From Macrostomum lignano (taxonomy: Eukaryota): 64,000 nt of DNA. The stretch covers positions 62,001 through 126,000 of the forward strand of contig NIVC01002363.1 of NCBI GenBank assembly GCA_002269645.1. The letters run 5' to 3'. How positions within the stretch are numbered: the first letter of the stretch is position 1; the number at the start of each line of letters is the position of its first letter. Both the position numbers and the translations under genes were made by a program. Positions 53,831 through 64,000 of the stretch are shown piece after piece. Below the pieces are notes generated by a model. That model worked only from the letters and a program-made list of their open reading frames with translations, searched no databases and was not told the DNA's origin.

Positions 53831-54835
53831 CATTTATTTGGTTGACAGAGTGACTGAGGGTGAGGGCTGTATTTATTGGCCGAGGCGAAGCGCGATACTA
53901 AAAGTGATACTTTATTTGTCCGAGGAGAAAACCAAGGAGAGAGACGACAAATTTCTCATACGATATACTTCTCTACTACAGTAGTTAAATATGATTTTGC
54001 AATGTGATTTTTAATGTAGAAATTGACCACGACTTTTTGAAGTCTTTGTTCATTCATGCGAGAGTCAAGACCGATGATGTAAGCAGGCATAAGATGACCA
54101 CGGAGGAGGAGATCGATCAGAAAAAAGCTCGTAGAAGACAACTACCATCCTGTCCCGATGCACGCAGCTTCTCCGACTGAACCTCCGTGTGTTGAGCAGC
54201 CATCTGACAATAATGCGATGCATCGATATGAGCGGGGTGAGACAAACAAGATGTGCATCGAATTTGACAGACAATGATTGAGTTCTGATCGATATGATAT
54301 TACTTGGACGCCTGCTTCAAAGAGAGACATTTCGGTGTTTATTGATAATCTATATAACATGATCACAGTGATCACAGATCACAGGGGGGGTATTCAAAAT
54401 TTTAAGAGATCTTTAATTAACTAGAAACAATTCTTAATTGACATTTCTGGAAAAGCGATATTATAACTAGCGGAGAGTCAGCTTTTAGAGTCAGCTCAGG
54501 AGCAGTTGACTTAGTCAAGGGTGGCAGAATTCCACACTCATATAGTTGATGACCCAAAAGTCTTATTGGTACTCTCAGTAGCTACTAAAAGAGCTTGAAA
54601 GAGGAAGATATATAGCAACAATAGCTAATTGATGAAGATTTAAACTTCCGTAATTATCTCTCTCTTGTGGCCTTAGCAACTGACCACCTGACAAACAGTA
54701 ACACCCTACGTTTCATTTTTTGGTAAATGGACTAAATTAATGCCAAAATTATGATTTCTTTCTTAGGTCAGATTGAGTCAACTGCTGTTAACAGATCAAA
54801 CTGACTGGAAAATATTACGATATTACAACTGTCTA

Positions 54836-55313
54836 CAGCGGTCGGCGAACTCCAGCCCTGCAAAGCCTGTCTATCCGGCACTCGGGTCCTTGAAAACTTC
54901 ACAATAGCAATCCGGCCTGTTCAAGGTTTCTGCCTTTTCTCAGCTCCTCTCCCTTCTCTTCACTCCCTTCTCTCATCTCCCTTTTCTTCCCCTTCTCTCC
55001 TCTCCTTTCTCTCCCTTCCCCTCTCTTCTCTCCTCTCCCTTCTCTCCACTCCCCTCTCCCTTCTCTCCATTCTCTCCTCTCCCTCTTTTCTCTCATTTCT
55101 CTCCTCTCCACCCGCACCTCTCTCTTCATCCTTCCCCCTCTCTCCTCTCCTCTCCTCTCTCCTCTTCGCTCTCTTCTCTCCCTTGTCTTGTCCCTTCTAT
55201 TCTCTCTCCTGTATTCTCTTCTCCATACTCTCTACTCTCTCCCTTCCTCTGGGCCGCAATCATCCGCTAGACTGTCCATCTGGCCCTTAGGGTAGACAGT
55301 TTGCAAACCTCTG
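54836..55313 (-). mobile_element. hAT MER58-like purine-tract MITE, copy 3 (reverse orientation), just downstream of the MASTL stop
   Basis: Ends CAGCGGTCGGCGAACT / AGTTTGCAAACCTCTG; internal pyrimidine tract on the + strand. Confidence 0.72.
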
Positions 55314-55377
55314 GTCTACCAAAAATTTTAGACATAGTTTACAGAAGAAGACGCAGTCCAAAGTCAATAAAATAAGA

Positions 55378-58300
55378 CTACTCAACCGGGCCTGTACGTC
55401 TCACTCGATTAGCCAGCTCAAAGTAGCTGGTGTCCTGACAGTCGCCGCCCAAATCCGGCACAAACGGCGCCTCGGAGCTGTGCAATCGCTCCCAGGAGAT
55501 GCCGCCAAATAGCGGATGCCGCCGCAGGTCGTTAATATCCAGCCTGCTAGCCGGCTCGTACGACAGCAGACCGTCTATGGCTGAGACCGCCTCGGCTGAT
55601 AACTCCGGCTCGGACAGCTCGTCCTCTTCTCCATCAATTCTAGATCCAGCTTCCGGCCAGGGGATCTGCCTATTAACAATGTTCTCCATCACCTGTTCGG
55701 GCGAATCTCCAGCAAACGGCGGACAACCGGTGAGGAACTCGAATAGACAAACGCCTAGAGCCCAGTAATCAACAGGTGTGCCGTGCGGCAGGCCCTGGAC
55801 TAGCTCGGGTGCCAGGTAGTCTGGCGTGCCCAGCAGGCGCTGATACTGCTGCTGCACCGATTGACCTGAAAACCGCACGAATTTATGTGCATTAGAAAAC
55901 TGGGACTTTACTGACAGCTGCATCCCTAGACTGGCTTGTGTTATAGCTTGTCCAGCCTCACAGACCCCCAGTTGCTGGGCCAGCCTCCCAGATCCCCGCT
56001 TGCTGGGCTGCCACCCTCCCAGATCCTCAGTTGCTGGGCCAGTCTTTCAGATCCCCAGTTGCTAGGCCACCAGCCTCCCAGATCCTCAGTTGCTGGGCTG
56101 CCACCCTCCCAGATCCTCAGTTGCTGGGCTGCCACCCTCTCAGATTCCCATTTGCTGGGCCAGCCTCCTCCCTGATCCTCAGTTGCTGGGCTGCCACCCT
56201 TCCTGATCCTCAGTTGCTGGGCCACCAGCCTCCCAGACCCCCAGTTGCTGGGCCACCCTCCTAAATCGTCAGTTGCTGGGCCAGTTTCCCATGCAGATCC
56301 CCATTTGCTGGGCCACCCTCCTAAATCGTCAGTTGCTGGGCCAGTTTCCCATGCAGATCCCCATTTGCTGGGCCAGCCTCCCAGATCCTCAGTTGCTGGG
56401 CCAGCCTTCCAGATCCCCAGTTGCTGGGCCAGTTTCCCATGCAGATCCCCATTTGCTGGACCAGCCTCCCAGGTCCACAGTTGCTAGGCAGGATGTTATA
56501 TTATCTAGCTATTATTGCCCTTATTTCAACAGAGGCGCAAGAAACAATAAAAGACACGAGCGACACTCACCAGAAGACAGCTGACTTGACAGAGGATCGC
56601 AATGTAACTCGTCGGCAGACAGCGGAGGAGAAGCGGCGCTGGCTGAGGCCACCGGGCCCGACTTGAATCTGACCCGGGTCACGTGATCTGTCACCGCCGC
56701 CGCCGTAGCCGACACCTCCTCTGAACCTGCAGCAGCGGTCAAAGCCTCTTCAATGCTGACTTCCGGCGTGACTTCTAAAGAATTTTTCGAATTGTCCTTT
56801 TCAATCCGACTATTCGACTCGATAAAAAGTTCTAACGGCGACTTCTTGCTACTGGATTTATTGCCCTGTTCGCCATCCTCCTGCGGCAAAGGTGATTCAT
56901 CGAAACAGGGAGCTGGCAGAGGCGGCGGCAAAGTTGACGGAGGAAAACAGGATGGCGAACCGGCGGCTGGGGTGCCCAACGGATCCTCTGTTGCTGATGC
57001 CGCCGCCGCGGATGCCAGATACCTAGCCTGCCGTCGGCGACGAGCTAAGCGACTACAGCTGCCGCTGCCGACAACACAGCCGCCGCCACCGCCGCCAGCT
57101 GAACCGAATGAGAAGTCCGCCGCCAAGGACATCAGCTGACGAGGCGTTCTAGGATAGCGCTTCTCAGCACTGGCCTGGTAGCCTCCGGGAGTGCTGTTGC
57201 CGAACATGAGCTGCTGCTGAGTGACGCGCCTCACGCTGACCTGGACAAGGCGGGTTGGTGGGGTTTTAGAAGTCTGCTAAGATCTTTTATCGTCTCGGGT
57301 CACCTCTATGTAAACGACAGTCAGTTGTGTCGTTGCAGGTAACAGGAAAATAAAAAATGACTCTTGATGACTCTGAAACAACATGTCATGACTTTGAGGC
57401 GTTTTATTGTCTGCGACTCTACGACTCGCAAGTGACTCTAGGCGGGGGGGGGTGTTATAACGTACCTGAGGCGTGCTAGAGGCTGTACAATCACTGAGTT
57501 GCGTGTAAGCGCTTCTGCGCAACTTTATAAATTAGAATCGCATTTTGCATTGATAACAATACTATTCAGTCTACTTGCGTTAGTAGAAAGTTAAGCGCTA
57601 GCACGACTCTTAGACGACGTTTTCGCGACCAGGGGCGTCGCCATGGATTTTATGGTGGGAGGGGGGGGAATCCAAGAATTCAACATTTACATGACTAATT
57701 TCCTACATTTCCATTATTTTGTGAGAATCGTGTTGTCAGCCCTCATTTTGGCGCCGCAGGCACTCATTTTGGCGCCGCAGGTACTCATTTTAGCGCCGCA
57801 GGTACTCATTTTGGCGCCGCAGGCATTCATTTTAGTGCCGTAGGCGCTATATTTTGGCACCCTGAAGAAAAATTATTGATTACCACAACGAGTCACAAGG
57901 TGGGGTGGGGTGGGGGGACAAAGCACTGGCTGTCCCCACATAGCTTTTACTGGGTGGGACATGTCTCCCGTCCCCCCGGTGGCGACGCGCCTGTTCGCGA
58001 CTCTTACGATTCTGCAACTCTCAGTCGCATTACAGTCGTTTGAGTCGATAAAAAGTCACAAGAGTCACCCCCAGAGTCGCTAGAGTCACACGTGTGAGTT
58101 GTTTGCAATGACTCTTTACCGCTTCTTGTCACAATAACTTTTTTGATCTTCAGTATGGTCTACGGAACATCAATAGCAATAAGGTAATCCTTAGGGTTCT
58201 CTACTAAGCAATCAACAAATTTCTTCTGAGCACGCAGACGGGAATAGCGTTTGGGTGCTTTCACAAGCTCGAAATTTCACAATGTCGAAAACTCGAATAT

Positions 58301-59088
58301 AGCAGCCTATGAAGGTATGAATGATTGCTATATGACGTCCCTTGCTATGGAGTTTTCGACGTTGTGAAGTTTTGAGTTTGTGAAACCCTTTATAGCATTC
58401 ACACAGGGTGTTTAGCGGCCCTGAAATTTTCATCTTCAGACAGACAGACACAATCCGGAGCTTGGGGGTTTGGCTCTATTGAACGCCAATCGTACAAAAG
58501 ATGTCGCCATAATCTGCATTCAATTTCGGCATCTATATACGCTGGTATATATACCTGACTCAATCCAAAATCAGTCAGCTTGATGTGGCCATTAGCCGAT
58601 ACAAGCATATTGTCCGGTTTAATATCCCGATGAATAATGCCGTGACTGTGCAGATACTCCAGCGCCGTGGCCACCTCGGCCGTGTACACAACAGCAGCTT
58701 CTTGGCTGAGGCAGCCAACAGCCAGCAACATGGATCTGAGGTCGCCACCGCACAGATACTCCATCACCAGATAAACGTGCGTGTCAGTTTGCAACGAGTA
58801 ATACAGGTGCACAACGTGACGACAGCGACTAATAGCTAGAGCGGCTCGTTCGCATTGGATCTGATCAATTAGATTCTTAGTAACTAGGGTCTTTTTTGAT
58901 ACGCGTTTCACTGCAAACAGCTGCGACTGATCATTTTCTTGTCCAGTTCGGCGCTTCGCCAGGAACACGTCTCCAAAAGCACCGCTAGATACGTGTTTGA
59001 CTATTTCAAAATCGCTTATTGATGGCAATTGATGAGGCCCAGCTGCTGCGAGGGGCGGCAAGTCTGCATCGCTGCTAGATGCTAACAT
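55378..59088 (-). CDS. MASTL: Greatwall/MASTL AGC kinase; exons 59088-58555, 57240-56571, 55865-55378; 1692 nt, 563 aa
   Basis: PSISDFEIVKHVSSGAFG, QCERAALA, VHLYYSLQ, MEYLCGGD, HRDIKPDNML, DFGLSQ|VSVRR, the Greatwall-specific RTPRQLMSL motif, split activation loop resuming at LLGTPDYLAPE, and tail PFVP...DTSYFE; GT-AG phases 0/1. Confidence 0.93.
55950..56490. repeat. Compound minisatellite (CAGATCCYCAGTTGCTGGGCC) filling MASTL intron 2
   Basis: Direct inspection. Confidence 0.92.
57630..57993 (-). mobile_element. hAT MITE family 2, copy 3, in MASTL intron 1
   Basis: TIRs CAGGGGCGTCGCCA / TGGCGACGCGCCTG; perfect 8-bp TSD TTCGCGAC (57622-57629 and 57994-58001). Confidence 0.92.
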
Positions 59089-61020
59089 TATTAGTGAGAA
59101 GACAGAGCAGGGCTGAACGATACTTTAAATTGATGCAGGTTGACAGGGTGTAGTCTGCAAGGTTGACAGGGGCAGCTGTAATAGCCAGTAATGAGAGGTC
59201 CCAATGCCCCATTTGTGACATTAAATGAGTGCTCCAAGGATTGAATTGCCTGTCGGTTTGACACACTTTTTACCATAGACAACTAGCAGTGAGGCTCAAA
59301 ATGCATGTGTTTTTGCTGTCTTGGATTAAATTGCTTGCTCGTAGTCTCTACTAGCTTGCAAAATGCTATATTTTTTCTCTATTGTAACCAATAGGCTTTT
59401 TTAAAGATAGAAATCATAGGTGCAATTTAAAATTTCCTTGACATGCAATTATGGTAAGCCTAAAGCTTAATTATATATAGCAAAAAGGGCTACATTTGTT
59501 TGCAGCACTTAAGTTTTATCTAGTCATTATAAGCGTTAGAAATCTGAAAGAAGGTCATCCAAAGAAAACCAAAGCATCCACTAGACCATTTTAGATAAAG
59601 TGCAACCTGTAAAAATCAATCAAAACAAGTGCAGCACGTGTCTGGGCTGGAGACTAACAACAGGGAGAGCATTGGGCATGCCCAACTCTGGCAATCAACC
59701 CTGCAGGGCATGTCGAGTAAGAGGTGCAGGTGGGGCTTGACAAATGCAAGAAAATACTCGAGGTCAGACCTCTCTAACACAATTTGGGCAAAATAATCAA
59801 GCCTAAGCAAACTAACCTTGTCCTGTGTAACCTACCTATCCCATGTGATGTAACCACGTTTTGGTCGCGGGATCATGTGGGGAATTTTTCAAAATGTCCC
59901 CGATCCCCTTTGACCCATTGGGCAGTGCTGTCCGACTGCGAACTGACTCCCACTCTGTTCCGACCCCTGCTGTCTCTGCTCCATCTCCCACTCAGCAACA
60001 CCTGCCTTTCCGGAGCCTTTTTTGTGCACCTCGCCTGCCTCCCCATTTCTCACGGGCCCCACCCCATTTATCATGTGTTTTTCATGTTTCCCATCTGTTT
60101 ATCATGTTGTAACACGGTTTTCTTGCACTGTCCCCTCCTCATCCCATGCCTACTTAGAGTATCGCTTGTGCTCATCGTCACCCCATCTCCCTTTAGGATC
60201 CCAAAATGGTGACGCAAGGCTCCTGACGTCTCCCTTACCCGGATGACTCATCACCCTCCTCTTGCGCAACCTTTCTCATGCTATTGTTCTCTTCCCAAGA
60301 TTTCTTATGTAACACCCACCCCTCCTTCCGCTTCTATTGTTCTCGTTTTTGATCCTTTGTTCCCTTTTTGCTACTAATTATCACATTTTCCCAAATTTTC
60401 TCATTATTTTGTTCTTTTTTCGCACCCAATTAGCACATTTTTCTCAATTTTTGCTTTTCGATTCTCCCCAATTCTCCCTGATTTCCATTTCCTTTGTTCT
60501 TGATCTGGACCCCATCGTTCTCAATGTTTGTATGCGCAACACTTTTTCGACCCCCACTGTGCTCATTTTCCCACCAACCCCTCTGGATTGCAAATTTTTC
60601 CATTTCTCATGTTGCTATGCCATTCTCATATTTCTCATCATGACTTATTCTGACGTCATTTTCCCGGCGGCCAATCAGAGAGAGTGAGTCATGGAAACGA
60701 CATTGGAGCGGCGACCGTGATGACTACGAATTGACTATGACTATCGTATTTAAGGAAGTGATTTTCAGTGTGAGCACCTTTAACTTTTGGCCTTGGGTCT
60801 TCCCCAATACGTTCACTCACTTTGGCTTCTCATCCTACCTTTGGACTTACCTTGTCATAATACCGCCAAGTTTCCCCAGCTCCCCAAGCGAGCTCATCTG
60901 CCAGCCCGCAGTCTAATACTGCCTAGCATCCTCAGCATCACACTCTGAGCTTCATCAGTGCCTCGTCATTTCAGCGCATCGCTGCTTCACTATCTGCCTG
61001 TCTGCAGGCTACACATACAT

Positions 61021-61176
61021 GCGCAACCTTGGGAATCACCCGGCCATTTCTATTGGCAACACGCACATGCAAGTCGCTATTGGCTGAGAGCAGTCCAGTG
61101 ACTACTATTCCGTCCAATAGTGACTTACATGTGTGTGTTGCCAATAGAAATGGCCGGGTGAATCCCTAGTTTGTGC
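61021..61176. mobile_element. Palindromic MITE with ~60-bp arms
   Basis: GGGAATCACCCGGCCATTTCTATTGGCAACAC... mirrored at 61114-61166. Confidence 0.75.
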
Positions 61177-61215
61177 CCAAGCATGAAGCTACAGCCGCCC
61201 TTGGTCACTCTATCA

Positions 61216-61216
<1 letters not shown>

Positions 61217-61296
<80 letters not shown>
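61217..61296. repeat. (CT)~40 microsatellite
   Basis: Direct inspection. Confidence 0.97.
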
Positions 61297-61299
<3 letters not shown>

Positions 61300-62825
61300 G
61301 CAGCAGCCGGTGAGTTCCTGTACTGATTTGTGCTCTAATTGCCTTTGCTTATCCGGGGTTTGCTTATTTCCCATTGCTTGATTAGAGAACTGAGCCAATT
61401 GTGTACCATTGTATCCTGCTGTATTTTACTCAATAGTGAAGCCACCTAATTGCCTGTTTATTTTGCCTAAGGGCCTAATTACTAAGGATTACTAACTACC
61501 TCATTTTTCACACCTTCACCATCATTTCACTCATGGCTTGCTGAGCCTTTCTCCCTAGGTGGCAAAGCATAAAGAAGTTTGGGTAAGCTAATGGCGTCTC
61601 CCGATGCAAAACCTGCCTGTGTGTGTGCTATGGATGTTTGTGCGTGCAGTAGAGGGAATTACTAGAATTAGCGGGTCTTGGCACAGAATGGCAGCAGGAA
61701 GGTTGCAACACCCTGTTTACATATCCCTTTGCCCTGAGCAAGCTAAACTATAGCTAGTACATGTTCATCTCATACTACTCTTAGTAATTGAAGCCGCGAG
61801 TCCATCTCATTCATAGCCACAAAGGACTCCCTGCTAAGAAATCCTCTAGATTGATCCTAGAGTTCCTGAATATGCCCCAAGCAGAGTCCCTGTACTTGGC
61901 TGCATGCATCTCCCCTGTTAGCCTAAATCCCCTGGTAACCAATCCAGGCAAGGCTCTAGCCTCAAAAGGTCTAGTCATTAGATCCAGGTACACTAGGTCA
62001 TATAGAGTGGTGGCAGCTATTTGGTCATGCTATGGCTAAGTGACAAATATTTGCATCTTGGCTACAAGTGGGGTCTAGTGGGAGCTAGTACATGTTCACC
62101 TCATACTACTCTTAGTAATTGAAGCCGCGAGTCCATCTCATTCATAGCCACAAAGGACTCCTTGCTAAGCACAAAGGGGTCCTTGGCCCTATGGTCACAA
62201 AAGCATTACTAAAGCTATCAAACATATGGGTAGGATAGTCTAGTACTGGAGGTCTGTCAGGTCATTGCCCAATCATAGATAGCCTATAGTCATTGCCCCC
62301 TATAGTCATATATTCTCCTTCCCACGGAATGGATAGTCAAAGGTGGTTGCATTATATGCTTTATTTAATTAGAAAATGTGTCATCTTAGAAAGTTGTATA
62401 AATATGATTGTTAGCCATGTATAATACAGTTAAATGAAAGGGGGACATATTTTAATGAATGATAAATGCCTATCTTAGCTCGAGAGTTTATTCTTTTATT
62501 GATGCAAAGATGTATTAGAAATGAATTAAAATTCTGATTTCTTTCAGTTATTCTTTCTACCTTTATATGGTAAAGACTCAAACAATTGCTAGGCCTAAAC
62601 TTACAATAAGTAATACATTTAGCATTTATTTAGACATAGACCTATTTAGTACTATAATTGTCTAGCATAATTGAACCTTTAACTACAAGTCTACAATAGC
62701 AACTTTATTTAGGACTTGAAGCCTAATTAGTTATAAGCCCTAAAATAATTATATAAGCATTATAAAAAATATACTTAGTGTTGTGCTTTTGGCTTTAGCC
62801 TTTAGCAATTGTCAGTCTAGTGGTC

Positions 62826-64000
62826 TGTTGACCTCTGACGCATCCATACATGCGCAACCCCCCTGATTTACACTGGCCATGCGACTTACTTTTTGACCAA
62901 AAATGCGACTTACCTGTGAAAGAAACCTAACGCAATTTTTGGGTAAACGGCAGGAGTAACTATGACTGTCTTATAAGGGCTAAATGCCTCGTCATCCAAT
63001 TAGTACTACGTTTGTATTCTTTAGGCTGGGCATTTTTGCGACTTACCCCTTGTCCACCACAATTTACGGTGGCCAGATCGGCCAGGTTGGCCAGCAGTTG
63101 CGCATGTATGGACGCATCTATCATTTATTTCATAACTCAATAGCATGGTTCAATTCATCAACGCAGTCGCGTAACAAAAATGTCTATGGCAAAGCCATCA
63201 ACCCACAACACCCTCCCTCTTCTATAGGTAGGTGTACAATTATCACTCAGGTGCGATAAAAATTCTAGTTTTCTTGGCCAAGCGTTCGCTTTGTCTGGGT
63301 GACGGCTTGGATTGAACTCCGGCCTCAGTCTGTTGCTGTTGTGCTCTCTCAGCTTGTTCTGTTCCCGGTAGTATCTCAGTGTCTGTCGATGACGGACGCG
63401 TCTGTTGGCCGTCGTCACTTGGACCGTTGCCACCGGGCTTGGAATCCCCCATTTCCGTAGTTCCGTGAGCCTCAGGTACCTCACCGATTCGTAGTTTATC
63501 GAGGTGGGCCTTTAGATTTCGTCCAGTCTCTGTGGTGACGACTGCTGTGTTGCTGCCAAGCATTTTGGCAAATCTCACAGTTTGTGGCTCATGAGAACTT
63601 GATACACGGTAGATGAGTGATTCTCCTGGGATCCACTTGGACTGAGTGCTGCTCTCCGAGATGGGGAGTCTTATTTGTCTGCCGTTCAACAACTCGGACG
63701 GTGATGCTTGCTGCTTCCCTTTGGCAGCTCTGTAGAACAGTAGAAATCTGTCAATACTTCTTTGGGATAAACCATTGGTCTTGATTGTCTCTTTGACGGT
63801 TCGCACCATTCGCTCTACAATGCCGTTGCTCTGTGGATGGTAGGCGGGCGTTGTGATGTGCGAACAGCCAATCTGGGTGAGCCAGCCGGTCACCGCTTCG
63901 CTCACAAAACTAGGGCCGTTGTCTGACACGAGACACTTGGGCACCCCCTGTTGTGAGAACAATCTTCTAAGTCTGGAAATGACTGTGTCGGCCTTCATGT
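62826..64000 (-). mobile_element. Gypsy (Mag-like) element 3' end: integrase core 63243-63998+, PPT, short 3' LTR 62826-63210
   Basis: GVPKCLVSDNGPSF...HITTPAYHPQSNGIVERMVRTVK; PPT AGAAGAGGGAGGG then TGTTG...CAACA. Confidence 0.85.
62837..63118. mobile_element. MITE inserted in the Gypsy 3' LTR
   Basis: TIR GACGCATCCATACATGCGCAAC vs GATGCGTCCATACATGCGCAAC. Confidence 0.65.

Noticed and set aside
57462-57515. Extra MASTL exon (SAYTQLSDCTASSTPQ|GTACGT)
   Set aside because: It needs a phase-2 acceptor and a weaker alternative donor. Direct 58555->57240 splicing already gives a good Greatwall alignment, and the segment overlaps a repeat shared with ~1535-1660.

Overview
Eukaryotic (invertebrate) genomic DNA, with spliced genes and GT-AG introns. 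GC-rich exons sit in a background rich in satellites and transposable elements (TEs). The style suggests a free-living flatworm such as Macrostomum, but that is inference only. Two conserved kinase genes on the minus strand bracket the window: an 8-exon MAP4K3/5 (happyhour-like, kinase + CNH domain, 1005 aa, 15866->1852) and a 3-exon Greatwall/MASTL (563 aa, 59088->55378). Between them lies a ~39-kb accessory island whose only recognisable host genes are secreted lectin-like proteins: a 4-exon signal-PAN-PAN-fibrinogen(FReD) gene, and two intronless C-type-lectin+PAN paralogues (one intact, one pseudogenised). The lectin pair lies in an old tandem duplication bracketed by three copies of a ~2-kb repeat, and each copy keeps a complementary half of a Gypsy element. 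In copy B a short (TC)n has grown to >2 kb. It holds a Neptune-like Penelope element with an open RT+GIY-YIG frame and a minimal hammerhead ribozyme, plus a second hammerhead-bearing fragment. Also present: two CORE-type tRNA SINEs, two hAT MITE families, several foldback MITEs, a hAT transposase relic, an RTE fragment, a solo LTR, a Mag-like Gypsy integrase/3' LTR, and many intron-filling tandem repeats. All assignments were made by eye; no database search was run.
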